Source: Chrysochromulina tobinii (lineage: Eukaryota). Taken from it: a stretch of DNA of 50,808 nucleotides. The position numbers were made by a program, and so were the translations under genes. The notes beneath the pieces are model-generated. The model made no database searches and had not been told where the DNA came from. It was given only the letters and a program-made list of their open reading frames with translations. The DNA lies in the NCBI GenBank assembly GCA_001275005.1, contig JWZX01003134.1, positions 1-50,808 on the forward strand, in the 5' to 3' direction. Shown one piece after another: positions 9,419 through 20,053 of the stretch. The first letter of the stretch is position 1. The number at the start of each line of letters is the position of its first letter.

Positions 9419-10874
9419 TCAGTCGCTCGTCAGGAACTCGAGCATGGAGTCGAGGTCGTCGCCAAACTGGGCGTGGGCTTGGACGGCGCGTGGTAGGCTG
9501 AAGCCCATCGCGAGGAGGGTCTGCACCTCTTGGCTCAACGAGAGCTCGTCGGCGCTTCCCGTACTCCCCGCGCCGCCACAACCGCCGCCGCCGCCGCCGC
9601 CCCCAACCCCGCCGCCGCCGCCGCCACCGCTGCCGCCGTCGCCGCCGCCCACCTGTACAAACGGTGCGCCGGCGGCCGCGGCGGCCGCCGTCGCGGGCGC
9701 GCTCCGGGTGGGCGCCATGGCGGGCGCCCAGGGGCTGTAGACTGGTAGTGCGGGCGGCTTGGCGAAGTCATGCACGTCGAAGGGGCTGGGCGCGCTCGCT
9801 ACAGTGCTCACGGCATCAGCGTCCGACCCCGTATGCCCGCACGAGGCGGAGGGCTCGCTGGCGCCGCCGAAGGAGACACCGCTCGCGTCCCCGCTCGCGT
9901 CTCCGCCCCATGCGGCCTCTCCGGCCCATGAGCCGATACCTGTGGGGAGAGAGGGGAACAGGCGCCGTCGTGAGCACTTGCATGCAGGCCCAACAGCTTC
10001 TGGCCACTCCGGCCCATGCGACGATACCTGCGCCTGGCCAGCTGGCTGCAACTGCTCCACCAGCCCACCCGACGCCAGCCTCGGCGGCGCTCGCGGCGAG
10101 GGCGGCCTGGAGCAGCGCGTCCTGCGTCGCGTCCACGTCCGACGCGTCCCGCGCGGAGAGCAGAAGCTGTGACTCGATCGCGGACGTTTCGGACGCTTGC
10201 TGAGCTTGCTCCACCTGCATGCGATCCGCGAGCCCCGGGTGGAAGCCCGGGAGGCCGAGGCCGTCGCCCACGTCGGCTACGGTCGGGTCGACGATCACGT
10301 TGTAGTGCGACCGGCCGTGGTAGCTCAGCCGCAGCGGCGCGCCCGCCTCGCCCTCGGACGGCGCTGTGAACGTATTCATGGGCGCCTCCGTGTCGCCGCG
10401 CACGTCAAAGACGTGCACGGGCCGGTTGTAAATCTCCGAGATCGCCTGGATCTCGAGGTGGTTGCCGAACACGCGGTCGCGCCGCTTGCGCCGCAGGTAC
10501 GCGTCAAAGTCCTCGGTCACGTACTGCGAAAAGTGGTCACGCTCCTTCTCCATGTGATCGAGGCACAGCCGGCGCACGACGTCGTGCATCTCGGCGTCGC
10601 CGTACACGCGGTCCGAGACGGAGCGGAAGAGGCAGTTGCCATCATCGAGCATCCGGCGGATGTGCAGGCCGCGCGCGCGCAGACGCTCCTCGAAGCGCCG
10701 CTCCAGCTCCACGTACTCCGCCGCGGAGATGGGCTGCTGGTCGAGCTCATCGTCCGAGTTGACCGGCTCATAATTGTCTGCGCTTGGGCGCGGCGGTGCG
10801 CGCGCGGCGGAGGGCCGGGGCTCGTAGCTGATGTTCTGCGGCGTGTACTCGTCCAACGGGTCGATGCGCGTCAT
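9419..10874 (-). CDS. OTU-domain deubiquitinase (OTUD5-like) with UIM-like and C-terminal UBA domains (exons 10874-10028, 9939-9419)
   Basis: DDGNCLFRSVS catalytic Cys box, GNHLEIQA, LSYHGRSHYN His box; LLQAALAAS; LLAMGFS...AVQA UBA; an 88-nt phase-1 intron joins the two ORFs; start may lie further upstream. Confidence 0.9.
9940..10027 (-). other. Spliceosomal intron with a 26-nt duplication of the downstream exon and the TGCATGCAAGTGCTCAC acceptor module
   Basis: CAG|GTATCGTCGCATGGGCCGGAGTGGCC...CCCCACAG|GTATCGGCTCATGGGCCGGAGAGGCC. Confidence 0.85.
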
Positions 10875-11246
10875 GAGGGCGGCTGAAGCGCGCACACACG
10901 GTTCCGACCCTATTCCTGCCAGAGCGAGCGCTTCGCAAAATGCAACGCCGAGACGACGCCTGCTCGAACGAAGCCGCATGCAAGGGGGGAGGGGGGAAGG
11001 GGGGGTGCGGGATTGGTAGCCGGGCTGCCCAGGAGCGTGTTGAAGTCATTCTGATGCACACGCTTCCCGGCCGCGGCCCTTCCCTGCGTTCCTCGGTCTT
11101 GAAGTCCTTCATTGCAGCCTTATTGCGGTCGTGGACGTGTATGGTCGCACACGGTCCATCTCCATGAAGAAAGGGGAAGTCTCAGCCCGCGGTCCCGTTG
11201 CGTTCGCATGTAGATCTCTCGAACGCGTCTCGTATGCATCTACCGC

Positions 11247-12420
11247 TCACAGCCGTGGTTTCATCAGGCGCCACTTCAGGCGGAGGGCGAGGCGCGGCGT
11301 GTCCCTGATGCGACAAGACATTCGCTGCGCTGCGAACTGCATCGTGCATGCGCGTGCTTTATCAAGGGCCCTGGCAGTTGCACGGGGTTTTCGCCCCGGC
11401 GTCTGCAGCGCCTTCATCACGCGGTTGTAGTGCACGTCCATGTTGTGCCCGCATGCTCGCGCGCGGCTTCCTCCACGCGCTGTCGGTGTCGGCGAGCGCG
11501 GCGTCGTCCACGGCCACGCTGAGGTTCTTGGCCATCAAGAGCTGGAGCCCGAGCGTATAGGCCTGCCCGCCGTCGAGCTGCGACGGGTAGGTCCTGTGCA
11601 TGTCGAGATCACAGGTGATGCAGTGAGTGCGTGCGCGATCAAGGGAGGCACTCAGGTGGCAAGCAGGGCAGCGCACAGGGTGGGGGCGATCGTGACGAGG
11701 GCGCCCGCGCCGACGAGGTGGGCGGCGAGCGCCTCGACTCCGGGACGGAGAGCGCCGACGGCGCCGCCTACATAGTAGCGGTCGCCGGCGTCCTCATCGA
11801 GTAGCAGACGCAGGGGGACGACCAGATCCGCAACCATGTGGTTGGCTGCGGCCTGCTGCTTGGACAGAGGGCGCTCCTCCTTCCAGTCAAGGACGCGTGC
11901 ACGTAGCCGGGGGTTTTTTCGGCTTGTTCATTGAGTGTCTGCTCTTTGGGACGGTCCGCGTCTCTTGCCCGCCACGTCCCCGAGGGCGCTCCTCCTTCCA
12001 GTCAAGGACGCGTGCACGTAGCCGTTGCTGCTTGAGTGCCTCCGTATCGGGGCGGAAGTGGCCAGCTGTAGAATCGCGGAGGCGGACCTCGCCGCGAGCC
12101 CGCGCCGACGAGGTGGGCGGCGAGCGCCTCGACTCCGGGACGGAGAGCGCCGTTCACCGCCGTCCAAAGACCGCTCGGCACGAGCACGACCTCGTCGTCA
12201 TCCGGCTTGAGACCCTCGCGCAGCGCGTGCTCGTAGTGAGCGTGCGCCGTCAGGATCTGGTTCGCCTCGGCCTCGGGCGGCGGGCGGGCAGTCTGCCTGC
12301 CGTCCACGCCGTACGACCTGTCGAAGCGCGAGGATCGATCCGGGCCTGTCGCAAACCTGTCGCACACCCAAGCCACAAGTGGCCTCCACCAGCACGAGGT
12401 AAGCAGCCACGGCCACATGG
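11247..12420 (-). pseudogene. Fragmented, internally duplicated coding-like sequence of unknown origin
   Basis: Protein-like fragments in shifting frames; exact duplications 11703-11757=12098-12152 and 11867-11909=11982-12024. Confidence 0.4.
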
Positions 12421-12776
12421 GCCGCCTTGCCCTCATCCGAGATTGGTGCTCTCCCAACCTCGTCGAGCGAGCCGGTGTCCGTTCGCATCCCTGTGAAGAA
12501 GCGCATGAACGACTTGCGATCCCGGCGCAGACCCAAACCCACGCACCCAAGCAAGCAAGCAATTAAGCAAGCAAGCAACACCCAGGAATATCTCGGGATA
12601 CCTCCGCCGGCGAGCATGAGTGCACACACACAGACAGGATCACAGGTCGTACAAGACCGACGCACTGGGGAGGGTTCAGCTTCCCACAACAAATGTAACG
12701 GTTGTTTTTGAGTCGTCTTTGCAAGTGAGGTGGGCGCTGGGCGCGGAACAAAACGCGGTCGCGCGCGCGGCCGGAG

Positions 12777-14825
12777 ATGACGCTCGAGGCAGGGCAGCCG
12801 GTGCTCAAGGTGAACCTGCGCAAGCTCAAGCAGCGCCTGATCGACACCGACGAGCTCATCGGTCTGTACAGTACCGCGCGCAGCCGTGAGGACTTCCTGG
12901 AACAGTCGGTGTTGCAGGAACGCCGTGCAAAAATGGCCGCTGAAGCGGCGATCGCGGAGAGCGAATCACGTTGTCGGACGGCACTTAGGACCGTCCGTGA
13001 ACGCGAGGAGGACATGGCGGTGCTGCGGCAGACCGTCTGCGAGCGTGAGGCGGAAGCAACGGCGCTGCGGCAAACCGTGCGTGACCGTGAGGCGGTTGCG
13101 ACTGCGCTTCGTAAAACCATCCGGGAGCGCGAGGCCGAAGCAACAGCGCTGCGGCAGCGGCTGTCCAGTCTCGAGGCCGAGATGAAGGAGGCCCTTAATG
13201 CCGAGAAGGACACTAGGCTGGCGGCGCAACGTGAGCTCGCGGCGGAACGCTCGAAACGCCAGGCTGACGGCGCAACGCCCGAACCGCGTCGAAAAGCCGA
13301 CCGCAGCCAAGAGCACTCCGACGAGCTGCCTCCGAAGCGCGCTCGGCTGAGCTCGAGCTCCGCGCCAAACCTCGAGGAGTCGGGCACGGCTGTGACCGCT
13401 GTTCCAGATGCTGGACGCACCAGCACCGCCAGCAGCAGCAGCAGCAACTTGAGCGCGGCGGGATTGTTACCCGACTCAGTCATCACGACCGCTCGGCGCG
13501 GTAGCGTCACGCTCGTGCTCCGCATGCTCGAGGGCGAGCTGATGAGATGGCTCTTCTCCGCCTGCGCACTGCGCACAGCTGATGCAGCCACTCCTCTGAC
13601 CAGTGTGGTCATACAGCCCTCCGGCGTCGGTGCCGCCTCGATCGAGGTGCTGCAGAAGCTGCTGAGCGAACGCGGCGACGATTGGATGCGCGAGTGGCTG
13701 AGCGGGCTCGCGCGCGCTATCGTGGGCACTGACCGGTGCCTGCCGCTCGCGCCGCCCAGCTTGCAGCGCGCCGTGCTGGCGTGCCATCTCTTTGCGTCGT
13801 GCTGCCGCGAGCGAGGCGACATGAAGCGGGTGCGCGTCTTGTGTTTCGACCTCGCCCGCTACCGCCGATGCGACGAGGCGGCCCTGTTGGCCGCGCTCTG
13901 CAGTGCGTGGCCACAGGCTCTGCACTCGAAGGGCTGCGACGTACATATGGAGTTGCCTAATATGGACGAGCCGGCAACGATGGCGTGGCAGCTGCAACCG
14001 GGAGCACCGATGATCGCCGTGCTGGCGCTCCGCCTACGCCGACAGCTGGAAGCCACGCGGGGCGAGCGGCGCGCCCTCCTCGAGCGTGCGCGCACGGCGC
14101 TCGTACGATACGGCGGGCGCGCGTGGGATGGCGCGTGGGATGGCGACGGGGACGTGAGTAGACGACGCCCAACGGACGCGATCGAGTCTCAACTGATTGA
14201 ATTCCTCATCCACTCTCTGCTCCGTTCGGGCGCCTTGTCGGGCGCCGTGACGGGCGCGCGTTCACCCGAAGTCCAACGGCCATCGGCAGCGAATGGCCGG
14301 ACGAGCGCCGTGACGAGCGCGCCCGGAACGACGCCGCAGTCTCGTCAGCCAACCACACTCCCGATGGCCAGCGCCGTGGAGGGCTGTGTGGCGCTCGAAT
14401 TGCTGGCCGCCGGGTGTGAATGGAGCTGGACTGTGAACACATTGATTCGAGGCAAGCTGCTGCCGCTGCTCGCACCCGAGCAGGGTGCACACGTGTCGGC
14501 GCTGCTGCGGCTGCTGGGGCGGTTGGGGCAGCTCGCTCCTAATATGGAAGACCCGGGCGTCTCGTGGTTGCGACAACAGCTGCATGCTGTGCTCGGCGTC
14601 GATGCGCCCACGACGGCGCCGCGCTTCTCGCCGGCTGAGGAGGCCTGCGCTGTCGCCGCGCTCCTCGAGCTGGTGCCACCCGGGACGCCCGCGCACGAAG
14701 CTCGCGGCGCCATGCAAGCCATCGAGCTCTGGTTGCGCTCACAGCCTAAGTGTTGGGAGCAGGCTGTGCCGGCCGCGCTCCGTGATCGTTACTATGAGTA
14801 TGCACGCGAAGATCGCGAGTTGTGA
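12777..14825 (+). CDS. ICE1: ICE1-like protein (little elongation complex subunit 1-like), compact form
   Basis: N-terminal LKQRLIDTDELIGLY plus coiled coil; C-terminal CRERGDMKRVRVLCFDL, ALELLA...WSWTVNTLI and LLRLLGRLGQL resemble both conserved ends of animal ICE1 as recalled. Confidence 0.6.
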   Translation: MTLEAGQPVLKVNLRKLKQRLIDTDELIGLYSTARSREDFLEQSVLQERRAKMAAEAAIAESESRCRTALRTVREREEDMAVLRQTVCEREAEATALRQTVRDREAVATALRKTIREREAEATALRQRLSSLEAEMKEALNAEKDTRLAAQRELAAERSKRQADGATPEPRRKADRSQEHSDELPPKRARLSSSSAPNLEESGTAVTAVPDAGRTSTASSSSSNLSAAGLLPDSVITTARRGSVTLVLRMLEGELMRWLFSACALRTADAATPLTSVVIQPSGVGAASIEVLQKLLSERGDDWMREWLSGLARAIVGTDRCLPLAPPSLQRAVLACHLFASCCRERGDMKRVRVLCFDLARYRRCDEAALLAALCSAWPQALHSKGCDVHMELPNMDEPATMAWQLQPGAPMIAVLALRLRRQLEATRGERRALLERARTALVRYGGRAWDGAWDGDGDVSRRRPTDAIESQLIEFLIHSLLRSGALSGAVTGARSPEVQRPSAANGRTSAVTSAPGTTPQSRQPTTLPMASAVEGCVALELLAAGCEWSWTVNTLIRGKLLPLLAPEQGAHVSALLRLLGRLGQLAPNMEDPGVSWLRQQLHAVLGVDAPTTAPRFSPAEEACAVAALLELVPPGTPAHEARGAMQAIELWLRSQPKCWEQAVPAALRDRYYEYAREDREL

Positions 14826-15029
14826 GTCGTGTGCTGCTTTAGGTGAGCAGAAAGGCGGAACAACTGTATGAGTGCGTTACTGCCTCACGACGGTTCTCGC
14901 GATCTTCAGTAGTCTTTCGAGCTCTTTCTCTGTCCCTGATTCTCTCGCCCCGTCCGCGCAAGTTCCGGGTTCCCTCGACGCGAGTCGACGACTCTCCACC
15001 GACTCCCCACACAGACTTGACTGGTGTGA

Positions 15030-15057
15030 ACCCTGTTTTTCTCACGAAAAGCCAGGT
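15030..15057 (+). promoter_or_regulatory. 28-bp intergenic element, copy 1
   Basis: ACCCTGTTTTTCTCACGAAAAGCCAGGT; exact reverse complement at 28438-28465; lies 100 bp upstream of an ATG; regulatory role is inferred. Confidence 0.5.
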
Positions 15058-15156
15058 CGTCGCACGTCGTGCTCCTTCGGAGCGAGCCGCGTATCTCGGA
15101 AATTCAATTCCGAACAAAACCCCACAAGACTAACCGCCGTTCTGAGCGCGTCGTCA

Positions 15157-15975
15157 ATGCGCGCCGCCTTCCTGTTCGCTGCCGCCGTGCTTCCGGTGGC
15201 TCTGAGCGCCAATCCGGCCTTTGACCACATTGCCGGCCTGCACCTGAACGCGTCGAGCTTTTACACCACGCTGCATGCGGGCGACGCGGGCCGATGGTTT
15301 CTCCTCTTCTTCTCTCGGAATTGTGGCCACTGCGCGGCTATGCTCCCAGCATGGCAGGAGCTGGAGGAGCGACTCGGCGCAAGCGTGAGGGCGGTGCGAC
15401 TGGGCGCAATAGACGCCGAATCCGAAAAGGTCGTCGCAGACCGCGTGGACATCCACGGATTCCCGACGCTGATGGCCATCGAGGCGGGCTGGTTGTATGA
15501 GTACCACGGCGGCCGCTCGGCCGACGAGATGCTCGCCTTTGTCGAGAGCGACGATCTCGCTGCCGTCGCAAAGGGCTCGCGACGGCTCACGTGGGCGCCA
15601 TCGTCCTGGGACCCGCTGCTGCGCGTTCCCGATGCCCTCCGCGAGATTTGCGGCTATGCGGTGCAGACGAGCCCGCTTGCCGCCGCGCTACTCGCCTCTG
15701 CGCTCATCTGCGTAGGGATGATGCTCGCGCGAGCGACGACGCCGCTCGATGCGCCCTTTGTCACCGTAGCGTGCCCCGAAGGCGTGCTGCCCGGGCAGAG
15801 CTTCGTCGTCGAGTTTGTCAGCGGGCGCACGAGGCTGTGGCCGCGCGGCCGAACGAAGCGCATGCGGGTGGAAGCACCGCCAGGCATTCATCCGGGCCAA
15901 ACCTTCTTCGTGCCGCTCATGCCCGCGGCGCCCGCGCGCGCCCCGGACAAGAAGGGCGCGGACAAGAAGGACTGA
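15157..15975 (+). CDS. Secretory-pathway thioredoxin/PDI-like membrane protein (TMX-like)
   Basis: Signal peptide MRAAFLFAAAVLPVALS; CGHC active site; GFPTL cis-Pro loop; TM segment; C-terminal KKD dilysine-like signal. Confidence 0.85.
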   Translation: MRAAFLFAAAVLPVALSANPAFDHIAGLHLNASSFYTTLHAGDAGRWFLLFFSRNCGHCAAMLPAWQELEERLGASVRAVRLGAIDAESEKVVADRVDIHGFPTLMAIEAGWLYEYHGGRSADEMLAFVESDDLAAVAKGSRRLTWAPSSWDPLLRVPDALREICGYAVQTSPLAAALLASALICVGMMLARATTPLDAPFVTVACPEGVLPGQSFVVEFVSGRTRLWPRGRTKRMRVEAPPGIHPGQTFFVPLMPAAPARAPDKKGADKKD

Positions 15976-16487
15976 TATAGGCGTGGCGACTGTTCAAAAA
16001 TGAATAATTCAACTGAGCGTGCGCGCGGGCACTGGGGCGCTGCAGATGGGATACGTCTATACACGAGATAGGCCGCTCGCTCCGGTGGTTTTGCAGGTAG
16101 TTAATTCCCTGTACCCGCGCCGTAATGGCGTTTGTACTCACGTCCCAGACGAGACGAGACCATAGGCTAGTATATACATAAATCACGACCTCGCGATGTG
16201 CGATGTCGCCGACGGCCGACGCGCCACCGGTCCAACGAAGAGGACCCTTAGTCGCACGCAGACTGTTCTCTGACACGACACGCGCCAGACCACACAAGGG
16301 CTTGACACCGGCCACGGCCCGAGACATGGAAGCTGGCTCTCACGTAACAGGTCGTACGTCCGGTCAAAAGCATGCATCTCTGCTTGGCCGTCCAGAGCCA
16401 AGAGTGCTTCGCAGAACGGGAACGCGTTTCAGAGCGCGCTCAGGCGCTGTGTGCAGGTCGCCCTCGCTCCCCGTACGCCGCCGGAAT

Positions 16488-16612
16488 CCTCACGATCACA
16501 AGATGCTGGCGAGATGCCATCTCCCCACGATCACGAGAGGCTGGCGAGATGCAGACGAGATGCCATCTCCCCAGATCACGACTGGGCGGATGCTGTTCAC
16601 CATCACGAGATG
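16488..16612. repeat. Degenerate tandem repeat at the 3' end of the MAPK gene
   Basis: Recurring GATCACGAGA...GGCGAGATGCCATCTCCCCA units. Confidence 0.6.
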
Positions 16613-18236
16613 TCGAGCGCACCCGGGACTCCGAAGTCCGGGACGTCATGCTCGCCGTGCTCCTCGCGAAAGCGGAAGAGGTCATTCGCAAGCAAGATCC
16701 GAAGCTCGTTCTTGCCCAGGTCTTCGTCCTCAAACGCGAAGGCGCTCTTGACGCGCGCGGCCTCCTCCTCGGAGGCCATCGCCGTCACGCACGGCGCCTC
16801 GACCGCCGGCAGCGCGCCAAAGTAGGCAAAGCCGAGCGCCGCCGCGGCGCTCGGCCGTTTGGCGGGATCAATCTCGAGTAACGCCTTGAGGAGAGCGATC
16901 TCGTCCGGCGAGGCGCTGGGGCATGCGTCGCGCAGCTTGGCATCGACCTCCAGGCTGCGCTCCTCGTCGCCGAGGCTCGAGAGCGCCTCCTTGGCGCACA
17001 CATTCCGCACCTCCTCCACCGCCTCTGCGGAGTATCCTGCGAGCTCCGCGGAGGTCGGATCTCCCAGGATGCGCGCGATGACTGCGAGCTGATCGTATCG
17101 CTGGCGCTCGCGCTGCTCGTCGTCGAAAGAGAAGGGGATGCAGTAACGGCCAGGGAAGAGGGCGCCCGTACCTGACGTCGACACGCGAGCAAGTTTGCCT
17201 GATGAGAGAGGCACTCAGATGCCATCGGAGGCCATCAGAGGTCATCAGAGGTCATCAGAGGTCATCAGAGGTCATCAGAGGTCATCAGAGGTCATCAGAG
17301 GTCATCAGAGGTCATCAGAGGCACCCAGAGGCACTCAGATGCCATTAGTGGAGATCAGAGACCCAATCCGGGATGCCGGGGCGACCGGGGTAAGATTCGC
17401 GTACGCAGGTGCGACTGAGGAGTGAGCTCGAGCAGCTCCTTGAAGATGCACCCGACGGCCCACATGTCAATCGCTGCGCCGTACTTTTGACGTAGGATCA
17501 CCTCGGGCGCGCGGTACCATCGCGTGACGACGTAGAAGGTCATCTGAGCCCTGAGCGGCGGTGGCTTCGCCTTGAGCGGCGGTGGTTCGGCCGCCGCATC
17601 GCCACCGCCGCTCACCCCCTCGGCGGCATCCTCCATCGCGTTGTCCACCTGCGTGGAGGTCTCCTCGAGGCGCTTGGCGTACCGCGGGTTCGAGTCGACG
17701 CGCGCCAGCCCGAAGTCGCACAGACGCACGACGCCAAAGGGTGTGGCGGGCGTCACCTTGCCCGTCGAGACCAGGATGTTGGCCGGCTTCAGGTCGCGGT
17801 GGATGCCCGATATGGCGTGGACGTGCGTGAGGCCCGCGCACAGCTGCGCCATGAACGAGCGCACCTTGTTCACCTCGAGCGACTGCTTGGACTTGATGAT
17901 CCTGCGCATGTCGGACTCCATAAACTCGGTGATCATGAAGATGTCGTCGAAGGTCTCTATGTTGGCGGGCATGGCCAGCCCTCGCAGAGAGATCACATTT
18001 GGATGATGAAAGTCGCGCAGAAGCCGGATCTCGCGCAGCACCTTCTTGGCTTCCTGAGCGTCGTAGAAGACCTCCGAGATGCGCTTGATGGCGACCGTCT
18101 CGCCAGTCGCCGTCTCGACCGCACGCGCCACGACCGAGTACGCGCCACTGCCGATGAGCTTGACATTCGTGTAGTCCTTTTGCACCGCCCGATCCGCGCC
18201 TGACCAGAAGGCCTTCAGCTCTGCCTCCGAAGCCAT
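16603..18236 (-). CDS. Mitogen-activated protein kinase (exons 18236-17405, 17171-16603)
   Basis: IGSGAYSVV, VAIKRI, LREIRLL, HRDLKPANIL, CDFGLAR, TFYVVTRWYRAPE, LFPG, DQL; a 233-nt phase-1 intron joins the frames. Confidence 0.92.
17172..17404 (-). other. Intron containing a 10-bp (CTCTGATGAC)n array
   Basis: C|GTACGC...GTCAG|GTACGG; 8 exact GTCATCAGAG units on the plus strand (17241-17320) plus degenerate flanking units. Confidence 0.85.
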
Positions 18237-18511
18237 GAACAAATTAGGGGCCTCGTTCACACGCGCGTCATTACACGGAAACATCGTTATACACTGTTCG
18301 TACAAAGCCTATTCAGATATGGATGCTATGGAAATGGATGACACCTGTACATACTCTATGCAGGGAGGAGAGGGTTGCACCGCTCGTGGCGCTATGCGCC
18401 GCTCTCCCGCGACCCCACTGATCTCGCATCTTTATTCGGCGAGGTATCTTTTCGTCGCCTCCACACCAACGTCGGTCTCACGGAGCGGTACAATAGAGCC
18501 TTTAGAGCTCA

Positions 18512-19543
18512 ATGGGTCGCAGAGAAGCGCCAGCGTTGACGCCTACGGATGAGATGAGGAGTGCGACTCGTGCGGCTGTCGTGGATATCACGTGCCGGGT
18601 GCCATCGGGTGAGCCGCTTGTGGTCAAACCCTCACAGGCGCCGGTGGGCTCGCTGGACTCGTCGCTGGTGCCACTCATTGTCGAGCTTCGCAAGATGCTG
18701 TCCAACGATGTCAAGGAGAATGGCGATGCGGCAGCACACATAGATGACTTCACATTGGCGCGCTTTCTCATCGCACGTGAGTGCAAGCTGGCAGGTGCGG
18801 AGCGCATGTTTCGCGAGACCATGAAGTGGCGTGTGAGTCGTAGCATCAATCAAATCCGCCGCGACTTGCACCCGTTGGGCACGCACGCGGAGGGCAGCCC
18901 TGGCGCGGTTCGTGCTGCCGCGCGCCGCGAGCACTTTTTCGCAGGCTTTGGTGGCCATGCGCGAGACGGCTCGCCGTTTTTCATCGAGCGACTCGGCCGC
19001 TTCGACGTGGCAGGCGTCAATCGCGATAAAGCGGTGTTCAACTTTATGATGGACTGCTATGTGGGCTACCTCGAGACGGCCTTTAGCGCATGCCGTGTGG
19101 CCTCGGCTCATAGTGGCCGCATGACGCGCGCCCATTCGATCGTCGACGCATCGGGTGTCTCGCTCTCGACGATGGCCAACGTGCGCGTCATCAAGGAGGT
19201 GGCCAAGATCGGCACCTCATACTATCCTGAGATCATGCGCAAGGTCACCATCGTCAACTTGCCCTGGGCCTTTGCGGCGGTGTGGAAGCTCGTAGCGCCC
19301 CTCTTGCCCGAGCAGACGCGCCAAAAGGTGGCCATCTATGGCAGCGACTTTTTGCCGGCGCTCCTTGACGATATTGACGAAGCCGACCTGCCGGCCTTTC
19401 TCGGCGGCAAGAAGGATGATGCCGAGCTGAGCGTGCCGCGTGCCGCTCCGATCCCGGCTGAGCTTGGTCCGAAGCTTGCCGCGGCCGCGGCGACGCTGCC
19501 CTACGGCCCGCACGTCAGCTTGGTTGTTGACGTCGACGGCTAA
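18512..19543 (+). CDS. SEC14/CRAL-TRIO lipid-binding protein
   Basis: DDFTLARFLIARE...WR, GHARDGSP...ERLG, YYPE...IVNLPW, LPAFLGG. Confidence 0.9.
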   Translation: MGRREAPALTPTDEMRSATRAAVVDITCRVPSGEPLVVKPSQAPVGSLDSSLVPLIVELRKMLSNDVKENGDAAAHIDDFTLARFLIARECKLAGAERMFRETMKWRVSRSINQIRRDLHPLGTHAEGSPGAVRAAARREHFFAGFGGHARDGSPFFIERLGRFDVAGVNRDKAVFNFMMDCYVGYLETAFSACRVASAHSGRMTRAHSIVDASGVSLSTMANVRVIKEVAKIGTSYYPEIMRKVTIVNLPWAFAAVWKLVAPLLPEQTRQKVAIYGSDFLPALLDDIDEADLPAFLGGKKDDAELSVPRAAPIPAELGPKLAAAAATLPYGPHVSLVVDVDG

Positions 19544-20053
19544 TGTGAGTGCCGACTCGGAGACGGTCAGAGGTGCGGTGTTTGTACCCTCAGAGAGCTG
19601 ACAGCTGAGAGGTCCCCCACACGCCCAGATGGCCAGATGCCATGTCATTGTGCGACATGTCATGACATCTTGCCCCCCACACGCCCAGATGGCCATGCTG
19701 TCGCACAAGGACCCTGTCTGCTCCTTTGAGCGCTCAGCATGGCGCTCTTGCTCATCCGCATCAACGGATTCGCGCTGCCTTGGTCCTTGGTGAAAAGATT
19801 ACCCTATACCATACCGATCTAGTGAACTGACCGGTCATGCGAGTGATGCGTGTTCACATGTGCATGATCGAATGATTGTGCGGGTGTGCATGTGGATGTG
19901 TCGTGTCGTGTCGCATGAAGGTGGGCCCTTACGTTAAAAAGGCTATACCGTACCCGGTACATGTGGCGAAGGTATCCGCGACGCGTAATCGTTGTGCTGT
20001 TCAACACCTAGACGGAAGACGCGCGTCTCGTTTCGAACGCGAGTGTGACGGGC

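Noticed and set aside
17201..17360. 10-bp arrays as telomeric repeats or coding repeats (SSEVIRGHQR ORF)
   Set aside because: They lie inside GT-AG introns that join conserved reading frames, and they do not match a telomere motif.
19612..19700. Short direct repeats in 3' regions (also 32503-32531, 41806-41853, 48703-48785)
   Set aside because: Two- or three-copy local duplications with no further structure.
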